Shown here piece after piece: positions 28,489-37,461 of a stretch of 64,000 bases of DNA. A program made the translations under genes and the position numbers. Below the pieces are notes generated by a model. That model did not search any database and was not told the origin of the DNA. It was given only the letters and a program-made list of their open reading frames with translations. Each line of letters begins with the position of its first letter. Positions within the stretch are counted from its first letter, which is position 1. This stretch comes from a virus. Taxonomy: Duplodnaviria > Heunggongvirae > Uroviricota > Caudoviricetes. Where the stretch lies: positions 31,428 through 95,427 of the IMG/VR virus record IMGVR_UViG_3300005805_000054; one strand, given 5' to 3'.

Positions 28489-29001
28489 ATGGCAATTTTA
28501 TATCGTATTAAACCAACTGATAAAAAGTCAATCGAGGCTTTCTATGATGTTTACAGCAAAGACGCACAAGGTAATATCCGTAGTTGGAGTGTTACCGAAA
28601 TGTATCGATGGGGTCAAGGCTTTGTTGAGGATGTAATTGATTTACCCTACAGTGATGACAAAGAACATTCAGTTGATCCTCAAATTGGTTGGGGTTGTGA
28701 ACTTGAGGACCTTTGTGCAGTAGATTTTGAGTTTGACGATAGTTTTACCGAAGAAGAAAAAGAACAAATTGAAAACTGTTGGAATGACGGTGACCCAAAT
28801 GATGAGTATGAAAGATCGGGCGTAGCCTGGTTATATGACGGTGACCATAATTGGCAAGTTGACTATGATAGTGTGACAATTTATGGGCCATTTAAGGTTG
28901 ACAAAATTGACGAGGAAGTGTATAATGAGACTATTGAAGAAGTTGAATTAAAACCCCGTCCACCGTTTGAAGCAACAACAGCATGGCCATTCTCAGGATA
29001 A
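28489..29001 (+). CDS. acidic hypothetical protein
   Basis: 170 aa, strongly D/E-rich with conserved Trp residues. Confidence 0.45.
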   Translation: MAILYRIKPTDKKSIEAFYDVYSKDAQGNIRSWSVTEMYRWGQGFVEDVIDLPYSDDKEHSVDPQIGWGCELEDLCAVDFEFDDSFTEEEKEQIENCWNDGDPNDEYERSGVAWLYDGDHNWQVDYDSVTIYGPFKVDKIDEEVYNETIEEVELKPRPPFEATTAWPFSG

Positions 29002-29004
29002 AAC

Positions 29005-29250
29005 ATGAACGAACGAATTAAACAACTTGCTGAACAGGCTGAAAAGCAGGTTCGTGTTAAAACAAAATCCAATCTGGGTTATATGGGTTTTGAAATTGAC
29101 GAAGACGAATTTAGACGGGTGTTCGCCGAGTTGATTGTGAGACAATGTGCCGAAGTTGGACTGGATAGCGTTGAAGATGGCGATGACCTGGATGCTATTA
29201 TGAAGCGTGTACATAACAACATTTTGAAACATTTCGGAGTTGAAAAATGA
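29005..29250 (+). CDS. MNERIRE-family small protein (paralog 4)
   Basis: MNERIKQLAEQAEK...VFAELIVRQCAEV...LKHFGVEK; the 3' end overlaps the ligase start (GGAGTTGAAAAATGA). Confidence 0.6.
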   Translation: MNERIKQLAEQAEKQVRVKTKSNLGYMGFEIDEDEFRRVFAELIVRQCAEVGLDSVEDGDDLDAIMKRVHNNILKHFGVEK

Positions 29251-30596
29251 GTGCAAGTTGGATTAATAAACTAAACGAATCAGATAGCCGCCTGCACAAG
29301 GAAGATGTTATCAAACAAGCATTAGAGGCGTGTGTTCTCGGTAGCACAAATAGTCAAGTATTTCTAGGCTTTCTCAAAGCCTGCTACAACCCCTACGTAA
29401 CATTTGGTGTCAAGCAAATCCCTGACTCAGTTGGCATCACTGGTGCAGAAAATCCCTGGACTGAATTTAATGAATTGATACTACAACTAAGTCAGCGTAG
29501 ATTGACCGGGCATGCCGCCCGTGATGCTATTCAAGAAATGGCAGAGCGTTTTGACAGTGAAGAATGGAATACATTCCTTGCCCCTGTATTGCGTAGAGAT
29601 ATGCGGGCAGGCATTTCAGATAAAACAATCAACAAAATTTGTAAGGGTACTGATTACGAGATCCCAATCTTTGGTTGTCAACTTGCAACTAATAGCGAAG
29701 GTCGCCCTGAGATGAAGGGTACTAAACGCCTCGAGCCTAAGCTTGATGGTGTTCGTGCATTGTTCATGGTAATTCCTAGTGATGATGGTGAAATCACTAC
29801 TATCTGTTTCAGTCGTAATGGCAAACAGTTTGACAACTTTGGTCACATTGAAGAACAGATTCGGGATAATTATACTACGATTGTTCGTGCTTGTGTAGGT
29901 GCCGATCAAGGTCGTAGTTTGATTAATGGTTTTGTGTTAGATGGTGAAGTGATCGGCAACACATTCCAAGAACTTATGCGACAAGCACGCCGTAAATCTG
30001 ATGTGCAGGCAGATGACAGTGTGTTTAATATCTTTGATATTATTCCATTACAAGACTTTAGGCGCGGTCACTGGAATGCTCAGTTGCGTAAGCGTATTGC
30101 ATTGCTTGATAACATGCGTCCTGTGATTCACAATATGCCTAACGTTGAATTGTTGCCACACATCATGGTTGACCTTGATACTGCGGCAGGTAAGGATCAA
30201 CTTGAGCGTTATGCTAAGGACAATGTGAACGCAGGGTTCGAGGGCATTATGGTGAAATCCGTAGACGCTCCTTACGAATGTAAGCGCAATACCTCGTGGA
30301 TGAAATGGAAACCTGTGTATGATTACGACTTGACGGTTATCGGTGTAGAGGAAGGCACAGGTAAAAATATTGGTCGTATGGGCGCATTAGTATGCGAAGG
30401 GGTTGATGATGAAAAACACATCACAGTCAATGTCGGGTCTGGATATACAGATGAAGAACGGCAATCATATTGGAATGATAAGAGTTTGGTCATTGGGCAG
30501 ACTGCTGTAGTTATGGCAGACGCAATTACACAAAACCGCGACGGGACTTACTCACTCCGTTTTCCAAGATTCAAGACATTTAGGGACGATAAGTAA
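29247..30596 (+). CDS. ATP-dependent DNA ligase
   Basis: 449 aa; motif I LEPKLDGVRAL (KxDGxR adenylation lysine), motif IV EGIMVK, motif V ...LVCEGV..., C-terminal OB-like region. Confidence 0.7.
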   Translation: MSASWINKLNESDSRLHKEDVIKQALEACVLGSTNSQVFLGFLKACYNPYVTFGVKQIPDSVGITGAENPWTEFNELILQLSQRRLTGHAARDAIQEMAERFDSEEWNTFLAPVLRRDMRAGISDKTINKICKGTDYEIPIFGCQLATNSEGRPEMKGTKRLEPKLDGVRALFMVIPSDDGEITTICFSRNGKQFDNFGHIEEQIRDNYTTIVRACVGADQGRSLINGFVLDGEVIGNTFQELMRQARRKSDVQADDSVFNIFDIIPLQDFRRGHWNAQLRKRIALLDNMRPVIHNMPNVELLPHIMVDLDTAAGKDQLERYAKDNVNAGFEGIMVKSVDAPYECKRNTSWMKWKPVYDYDLTVIGVEEGTGKNIGRMGALVCEGVDDEKHITVNVGSGYTDEERQSYWNDKSLVIGQTAVVMADAITQNRDGTYSLRFPRFKTFRDDK

Positions 30597-30643
30597 ACCA
30601 TCATAATACCGTCAAAGGCATAAATACATGTATGGAGAGTATT

Positions 30644-31426
30644 ATGAAACATACATGTGATTATGGATGCGGCGCAGAGGGTTTTTTCTTTAATGAGAAG
30701 TCAAAAAAATGGTGTTGTTTGGAAAGTGTCAAAAAATGCCCGGGTGTTCAGGAAAAGAAAAAACAGACATTGTTAAAGAAATACGGTGTGACCAATGTAA
30801 GTCAACTTAGTGATATTCAAGAACGGAAGAAAAAAACCTGGATAGAAAAATACGGAGTTGATAACCCATCCAAAGCACCAGAAATAGTACAAAAAATAAA
30901 AGACAAATGGGAAATCATTGATGCCAAACGAAAGGTGACAATGGTTGACAAATATGGTGTAGATAGTTATAATAAGACTACTGAGTTTTCAGAAAGAAGA
31001 AAAGCAACTTGGACTGAAAAATACGGTGTTGACAATCCCACAAAGAATGTAGACATTTTTCATAAGGCGTTTGTATCCAGAGCAAAGTCAGAGTATTCAA
31101 CTAAAACAATGACAATGCCAAGTGGTAAGACAATCAGGTATCAAGGATTTGAGAATCAAGTAATTGAAGATTTATTGAAAGCAGGTATACACGAAGATGA
31201 TATCGTAACAGGTCCAGGTAATGTCCCTCACATTCAATATGAGTTTGAAGGCAAAATTTGTAGATATTACCCTGACATATATCTTCCTAAACTTAATCAA
31301 ATAATTGAAGTGAAGTCGTTATACACTTGGAACAAATACAAACAAAAGAACTTAGCGAAATACAAAGCAACAAAAGAAGCAGGATTTAAGGTAAACATTG
31401 TTATCAAACGAAAAAATGGAAAATGA
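30644..31426 (+). CDS. Cys-rich protein with four KYGVxNxxK repeats; possible homing-endonuclease-type DNA-binding protein
   Basis: N-terminus CDYGCGAEGFFFNEKSKKWCCLESVKKC; repeats KKYGVTNVSQ / EKYGVDNPSK / DKYGVDSYNK / EKYGVDNPTK similar in style to NUMOD-type modules; GGAGAG RBS before the ATG at 30644. Confidence 0.4.
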   Translation: MKHTCDYGCGAEGFFFNEKSKKWCCLESVKKCPGVQEKKKQTLLKKYGVTNVSQLSDIQERKKKTWIEKYGVDNPSKAPEIVQKIKDKWEIIDAKRKVTMVDKYGVDSYNKTTEFSERRKATWTEKYGVDNPTKNVDIFHKAFVSRAKSEYSTKTMTMPSGKTIRYQGFENQVIEDLLKAGIHEDDIVTGPGNVPHIQYEFEGKICRYYPDIYLPKLNQIIEVKSLYTWNKYKQKNLAKYKATKEAGFKVNIVIKRKNGK

Positions 31427-31665
31427 ACAAACGAATTCGAGAACTTCATATGCAGGCGCAACAAGAGGCTTTCAATGAACCAATTGATATTGAAAATTGT
31501 GCAGTAGAAGATATAAAAGGATTCAGTCAACAAGTTTACGAAAAGTTTGCTGAGTTGATTGCTTACGAATGCATCGACCTTGCGCTAGGATCAAGTCATA
31601 GAGAAGATGATATGGGTGCTATCATTGCCAATAAGATTAGAAAACATTTTGGAGTTGAAGAATGA
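31423..31665 (+). CDS. MNERIRE-family small protein (paralog 5)
   Basis: MNKRIRELHMQAQ...KFAELIAYECIDL...RKHFGVEE. Confidence 0.55.
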   Translation: MNKRIRELHMQAQQEAFNEPIDIENCAVEDIKGFSQQVYEKFAELIAYECIDLALGSSHREDDMGAIIANKIRKHFGVEE

Positions 31666-31846
31666 TTAAAGTTTTGTTATTTTTTGTATTAATTTTTGCA
31701 CTATTCTTTTTGGGTATCAAGACTATACGAAATATTACCGGTAAAGAGGCATTAGCCTTGACAAAAATTGTAGGGTATAGTATAGTATGTGCTATACTGA
31801 CAGTTGCAGTATTAATTTCAATCGTTGTTATTTTTTAAGGATTCAT

Positions 31847-32644
31847 ATGAAAAACGTTTTTAAGATTTCCGCTATCGTTGCACTTGTAGCACTTGCAACG
31901 GGATGCACCCGTATCGAAACTGGTGAAGTTGGCGTACGTGTTGGCTTTGATAAACAAGTACAAAGTGGCGAGTTGCTGCCAGGTTCGTTTAATCAAGTAT
32001 TGATTGGCGATGTGCTTACATTCCCAGTTAAGGATGTTAACGTGGTGCTGGAGAATATGACTCCTGTTGCTAAAGATAACAGCACAATGAAAGACTTGGA
32101 TGCTGTGGTTGTTTACAACATCAACCCGCAACAAGTTGCCGAGTTGTATGCAACTAAGAACAAGAGCTTTCACGCTGAAGCTAAAGGCGACACTTATGTA
32201 ATGTATAACTACATTGTTCAAAATGCTCGTAATGCTATCTACAAGGCAGCACGTAAGTATGAAGCATTGGACATGGCAGACAATCGCACTGACATGGAAA
32301 ACTACATCAAGGAAGAAATTGTTCGCAACCTTTCTGAAGAAAAGTTGGACGGTTCCATTATGATCAGCCAGGTTATGATTCGCAATGTGTTGCCTTCTGA
32401 CACTGTTGTTGAGAGTGCCAACGCATTGGTTCGTAGTAAGAACGAACTCAAGCAGAAGGAAGTTGAAGTAAAAACTGCTGAGGCTGAAAGCCGTCGTATG
32501 GCAGCACTGGCTAATAACTCTGGCGCATCAATTGCATTCATGCAGGCTCAAGCTATGCTGAATATCTCAGAAGGCATTAAGAACGGTCAGGTACAGACAA
32601 TCGTTGTGCCATCCAACTTCAATGCTTTGATGATGCCAAAATGA
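31847..32644 (+). CDS. SPFH/band-7 (prohibitin/HflC-like) domain lipoprotein
   Basis: Start at ATG 31847 after TAAGGA RBS; lipobox LVALATGC; IETGEVGVRVGFDKQV... SPFH N-terminus; C-terminal coiled coil. Confidence 0.55.
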   Translation: MKNVFKISAIVALVALATGCTRIETGEVGVRVGFDKQVQSGELLPGSFNQVLIGDVLTFPVKDVNVVLENMTPVAKDNSTMKDLDAVVVYNINPQQVAELYATKNKSFHAEAKGDTYVMYNYIVQNARNAIYKAARKYEALDMADNRTDMENYIKEEIVRNLSEEKLDGSIMISQVMIRNVLPSDTVVESANALVRSKNELKQKEVEVKTAEAESRRMAALANNSGASIAFMQAQAMLNISEGIKNGQVQTIVVPSNFNALMMPK

Positions 32645-32755
32645 CATTCAACGAGTTTGTATATTTTATATGCGGAATCGTATGGGGTGTATGGATAATA
32701 CACCCTATAATTGATATAGGTAAAAAGATTTGGAAGAACGCTAAGGAGGCGCATA

Positions 32756-33847
32756 ATGGTAACAATCGTAAAACATGAATGGCATCAACACGATAGGCAA
32801 TATGCCATTGAACTTGATGAAGCACTATTAAGTGAAATCTATCCTGATTTGGATGAGGATGAGATTGTACAAAAACTCACAGACATTCAATCAGGTGAAG
32901 TTGATTTCGAAGAAGTTATCAATGATGCCTATGAGAATGACGTAGAGCTTGAATGGGACTTTCAATACGATGACTGCTGGACTGACCGTAAAGGTGGATA
33001 TGAGGTTACCTATGAATTAGGTGATGAATCAAGTTGGCATAATGTAGAAGAACCAGTTGATGAGGCTGATTTGGAAGCAGACCTTGAAGAACTTAAGCGT
33101 GAGTTTGAACAACTACCAGTAGAAGATAAAATTTCCGCACACTGGCCATCGCCAGATAGCGATTTCGTAGAAACTGCTAAATGGCCCTTTGAAGATGACG
33201 AGGATGATGGTTCATTAAAAGAAAGTTATCCGGAAGATACATATACAATTCGTATCTGGGGTCGTACACGTGAGATTGGTGTACATAAGATTAAGAAAGC
33301 ACAATACGAACATTGGAGTAGTGAAGAACACGAAGATGATTTGAGCGATGCCCTTAACGAGAACTATGATTACGATGATAATGAGACTCCTGAGGCCGCA
33401 CGATTTGATTTGCCTTATTACGAGTATCAAGGCAAACATTCATTCTGGGGCTTTGACCAAGATGATACTCACATGACTATTGAGAATAGCGAAGGTGAGA
33501 CTATCTACGATGGTGATTTGGAATCATTCTTTAGTGACGCACACGGTGATGAAGATAGTCGTTGGGAAACATCAGAAGAACAAGAAGAACTATATCCAGA
33601 ACATTTGGGTAAGGGCTATTGGTTGATGTGGACACAAGGTGGTAAAGGTTCTTGTATTCAAACTACTATTGAAGGTGTGTTTGAACCTAAGAAACTTAAA
33701 GCACTATATTGGGATGTTCAAGGTACAAGTGTTGTCACCCGACTTGTATATGATGGCGTTGAACTTGATGACGAGGGTATGGACAGTGACCATGATAACT
33801 GGCGTGGTCAATGGTCTACATTTAGTGTACATCATAATAAAAAATGA
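32756..33847 (+). CDS. highly acidic Trp-rich protein (possible DNA mimic)
   Basis: 363 aa; extreme D/E content with many W/Y/F; no enzymatic motifs. Confidence 0.5.
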   Translation: MVTIVKHEWHQHDRQYAIELDEALLSEIYPDLDEDEIVQKLTDIQSGEVDFEEVINDAYENDVELEWDFQYDDCWTDRKGGYEVTYELGDESSWHNVEEPVDEADLEADLEELKREFEQLPVEDKISAHWPSPDSDFVETAKWPFEDDEDDGSLKESYPEDTYTIRIWGRTREIGVHKIKKAQYEHWSSEEHEDDLSDALNENYDYDDNETPEAARFDLPYYEYQGKHSFWGFDQDDTHMTIENSEGETIYDGDLESFFSDAHGDEDSRWETSEEQEELYPEHLGKGYWLMWTQGGKGSCIQTTIEGVFEPKKLKALYWDVQGTSVVTRLVYDGVELDDEGMDSDHDNWRGQWSTFSVHHNKK

Positions 33848-34047
33848 TGACAGAAGAAATGCAACGATGTGTAGGCAAGACCTACACATTCGAAGATGGT
33901 AATAGCATTACTGTTATTCAAATCAAACGCCGAGATGAAGAACAATACTGGGTTACGTATTTGGTGAATACTGGTCCTGGTGTTCCCGCTAAATTTGTTT
34001 TAGAATGGGAACAATTCAAAGACCACTATATTCACTTATTCCCATAA
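33844..34047 (+). CDS. hypothetical protein
   Basis: 67 aa; ATGA overlap. Confidence 0.4.
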   Translation: MMTEEMQRCVGKTYTFEDGNSITVIQIKRRDEEQYWVTYLVNTGPGVPAKFVLEWEQFKDHYIHLFP

Positions 34048-34085
34048 TATGTAGATTAATAGGTCAACACATAACTAAATATTAG

Positions 34086-35741
34086 ATGCGCCTTAATTTT
34101 TTATCATTCTCAAATCTCACACTATTAGTAGCACTATCGCTTAGTTCGGTAGCTGCCTGGTATAGTATCATCGGCTTAACCGCTATCTTTGCAGGTGCGG
34201 TTATTCCTGTTATCATCATGGGTGGTATCCTAGAAGTAGGAAAGATTACTGCTACAGTATGGCTACGTAAATATTGGCGCCGTGCTGGTTGGTTATTAAA
34301 ACTATACCTAGTACCCGCTGTTATTGCACTTGCATTGCTTACTTCTATGGGCATTTTTGGTTTCTTAAGTAAAGCACACATGGAACATGGTATCAGTACT
34401 GGTGATAGTCAAGCCAAACTATCACTCTATGATGAAAAGATTAAAACACAACGAGACAATATTGAGTTAGCACGAAAAGCATTAACTCAAATGGACAATC
34501 AAGTTGACCAACGATTAAGTCGCGGTGATAGCGAGAATAGTGCTGAACGTGCCGTACAGATTCGTAGACAACAAACAGGTGAGCGCACTAAACTACAAAA
34601 AGAAATTGGTGATGCTCAAAAAGAAATTGCTAAACTAAATGAAGAACGAGCACCTATTGCGGCAGAGAATCGCAAGATAGAAGCAGAAGTTGGACCTATC
34701 AAGTATATTGCCGCATTGATTTACGGTGACAATGCTGATAACAATACACTAGAAGCGGCAGTACGTTGGGTTATTATCCTATTAGTTATTGTGTTTGATC
34801 CACTAGCCATTGCACTTGTTCTTGCGGCTAATGCAAGCAAAGAATGGGATAAAGAAGAACCTGTCAAAGAAGAATCTGGATATGAACCTGACGATGGTCC
34901 ACTAACTGACAAACAACTTGAACAGGTAGAAGAAACTGCTAAGGAAGACTTACCTGATGGTGAGTTGATTACTAAATCAGAGTTGTTTCCGGATGAATCT
35001 ATCAAGTGTTATAAATGCGGTACACCATTAATGGATGCTCCTAGTATCGGACTGTTCTGCCCTAATAAACAATGTGATGTAATAGACAATACTAAAGGCA
35101 TAGCGTGGACATTCATTCCACCTGAACCAATCGTAGAGCCTGAAAAGTCTATAGCAGAACTACATCCTTACTTGAATAAACCATTTGAACACTTTGAAAA
35201 CTTAGAACCAATGGTATATAAATCAGAAGTAGCAGAAAAACCAACTAAGCCAAAAAAGAAACGTGTCAAAAAAGAAGTAAAGCCTAATCCAGAGCCAGAG
35301 CCTACTGTTGATGCTAATGGCATGGATGTAAAACAAGACTTGCCATTCAAAGAATTACCTGGCGGCTATGTTTCATATCAAGGTAAGCATATGAATAAAG
35401 ATGCATTGTTTAGCCAGCATCCAGAATTCTTAAAATTATCTGCTGACGCTAGTAAACCTGTTAATAGCAGTTTTGGATCTAAATTTCCGAATGATGCTAA
35501 CAAGGGCGATGTGTTTACTAGAGTAGATGTATTACCCAATAAAGTGTTTAAGTATGATGGAAGAAATTGGATTGAGATTAATAAAGAAACATCCAACACA
35601 TACCTTTATAACACCAAATACCTTGAGTACCTTATTGAAATGATTGACAAGGGTGAATACGATCCTGAGTTATTATCAGACAATGAACGTGCCCAAATTG
35701 AAGATCATATTAAAATCAACAAACTTAACCAAAGTCATTGA
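34086..35741 (+). CDS. integral membrane protein with coiled-coil and zinc-ribbon (CxxC...CxxxxC)
   Basis: 551 aa; about four N-terminal TM helices, a long coiled-coil, CYKCGTPLMDAPSIGLFCPNKQCD zinc ribbon, a further TM (VIILLVIVFDPLAIALVLA). Confidence 0.55.
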   Translation: MRLNFLSFSNLTLLVALSLSSVAAWYSIIGLTAIFAGAVIPVIIMGGILEVGKITATVWLRKYWRRAGWLLKLYLVPAVIALALLTSMGIFGFLSKAHMEHGISTGDSQAKLSLYDEKIKTQRDNIELARKALTQMDNQVDQRLSRGDSENSAERAVQIRRQQTGERTKLQKEIGDAQKEIAKLNEERAPIAAENRKIEAEVGPIKYIAALIYGDNADNNTLEAAVRWVIILLVIVFDPLAIALVLAANASKEWDKEEPVKEESGYEPDDGPLTDKQLEQVEETAKEDLPDGELITKSELFPDESIKCYKCGTPLMDAPSIGLFCPNKQCDVIDNTKGIAWTFIPPEPIVEPEKSIAELHPYLNKPFEHFENLEPMVYKSEVAEKPTKPKKKRVKKEVKPNPEPEPTVDANGMDVKQDLPFKELPGGYVSYQGKHMNKDALFSQHPEFLKLSADASKPVNSSFGSKFPNDANKGDVFTRVDVLPNKVFKYDGRNWIEINKETSNTYLYNTKYLEYLIEMIDKGEYDPELLSDNERAQIEDHIKINKLNQSH

Positions 35742-35766
35742 CAACTAGTTACATTTAGCGTATAAT
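35738..35766 (+). promoter_or_regulatory. sigma70-like promoter (TTGACA-N17-TATAAT)
   Basis: TTGACA 35738-35743, TATAAT 35761-35766, immediately upstream of the lipoprotein gene. Confidence 0.5.
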
Positions 35767-35797
35767 AACTCTATCTGTAACTACAACCGAAGTATAT

Positions 35798-36466
35798 ATG
35801 AAACTCAAACTTTTAGCAATCTCAGTAGCACTAGTGTTGGCTGGGTGTTCATCAACTAGTAAAAATGCAAGTGTAGAATCTGCACCTATTACTGCTATCA
35901 ATGCACAAAAACTTACCTCTAGTTTTAAGCGACAGGGTATTAAGATTGAATGGTCTTGTGCATTCGGTACAGGACTGTTCGGCATGAGTGATGCATTGTG
36001 TGTCAAAGGTGAAATTCAAGCTATTGAAGTCACTGGCTACGCAAACAGTTTTGGTAATAGCGAAGCATTGCGTGAACGTGCATTTATTGCCGCAGAGATG
36101 GATGCTAAAGCACGATTGATTCGTTTTATGAACGAGGGTGTTGGCTCTAACAACTTTGCCAATACTGTCACTAAGAACGTAGAGAAAGCGCAAGACCGCA
36201 TTAAGAATCGCATCAAGTCCGACGAGGATGTTGAAATGAGCGATACAGATGCCGGTAAAGATACAAACTTTGCTATCCGTGAAAACAACAACGAGGTTGT
36301 TCGTACACTAAGTGAAAGCATTCGTAACAATGCTGAAGGTAAACTGCGTGGTGCATTACTCAAAGATACTGAAATCGTAGATAGACAAACTGTTAAAGCA
36401 GTTATTCGCTGGGATCATAATACTGAACGTGCCGCAACATACATGCGTAAACGCTTTGGTAACTGA
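35798..36466 (+). CDS. lipoprotein
   Basis: 222 aa; signal plus lipobox MKLKLLAISVALVLAGCSS. Confidence 0.55.
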   Translation: MKLKLLAISVALVLAGCSSTSKNASVESAPITAINAQKLTSSFKRQGIKIEWSCAFGTGLFGMSDALCVKGEIQAIEVTGYANSFGNSEALRERAFIAAEMDAKARLIRFMNEGVGSNNFANTVTKNVEKAQDRIKNRIKSDEDVEMSDTDAGKDTNFAIRENNNEVVRTLSESIRNNAEGKLRGALLKDTEIVDRQTVKAVIRWDHNTERAATYMRKRFGN

Positions 36467-37437
36467 TGAAATACCTGGTAGTACTACTAACTCTTGTTTG
36501 TAATATTGCATTAGCACAACCGATACGTGTAGAAGGTATCGGTAGTACATTACGACAGGCTAAAGATAACGCATTTAAAACTGCGGTAGAATTACAAGTT
36601 GGTTCTGTTCTAGTCAACGAATTAGAATCAAAAGACACCAAACTCATACGCAATGACATTATAAATTATAGTGCGGGCTATGTTGATAGTTATAAAATTA
36701 TCACTACTAACTCATACGATAATAAAGTTGTCGTCATAATTGATGTGTGGGTATCATCGAGCAAAATTGCAAATAGAATTTTAGGGACTAGCACTAATCC
36801 TAAAATATTTGACAATCAAACACAAAGCACACGATACGAAACTTATATCCAATCAAAACGTAATGGGGATATGTTGTTGCGTAGTGTGTTGAATGATTAT
36901 CCAAGTAAGGCATTTAGAGTACAACAAGGTCAACATAAGTTTGGTGTTGGTACTGACCGTAATCCTTTTATTGAAATAGGCTTTACTTTCAGATGGAACT
37001 ATAATTACATTGAATCATTCAATGAAACACTATCACTAATTGAAGATGGTAGCAACGGATTGTTTAGAACAAGCCCCGGCAATATCATCACTATGGCAAA
37101 AGACCCTAAAGATTATGTCTTGGGAAAAAAGAATCATTACAAATTCAATGATGTATTGGCTATGCATACTATCATTGATAGATTTAATAATTACAAGCCT
37201 AATATACAATTGATGATACACAATCAAAACAATAGTGTGTTTTATAAACAATGCTATACACCAGAATCGTTTACAGGAAGAAAGCCTGGATTATATTCTA
37301 TAGGAGATACCCTTATACTCTATGGCAATCAAACAGAAAACAATATAATAAGAATTCGTCTATCAAACATTGGTGATGCATTGAGATTTATAGAACGAAT
37401 TGAACTAAGTGTCGTTGGACATGAAAGTTGTAAGTGA
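36466..37437 (+). CDS. secreted protein
   Basis: 323 aa; signal peptide MKYLVVLLTLVCNIALAQP; ATGA overlap with the lipoprotein gene. Confidence 0.5.
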   Translation: MKYLVVLLTLVCNIALAQPIRVEGIGSTLRQAKDNAFKTAVELQVGSVLVNELESKDTKLIRNDIINYSAGYVDSYKIITTNSYDNKVVVIIDVWVSSSKIANRILGTSTNPKIFDNQTQSTRYETYIQSKRNGDMLLRSVLNDYPSKAFRVQQGQHKFGVGTDRNPFIEIGFTFRWNYNYIESFNETLSLIEDGSNGLFRTSPGNIITMAKDPKDYVLGKKNHYKFNDVLAMHTIIDRFNNYKPNIQLMIHNQNNSVFYKQCYTPESFTGRKPGLYSIGDTLILYGNQTENNIIRIRLSNIGDALRFIERIELSVVGHESCK

Positions 37438-37461
37438 ATAACAAAACAGATAAGTAGAACT

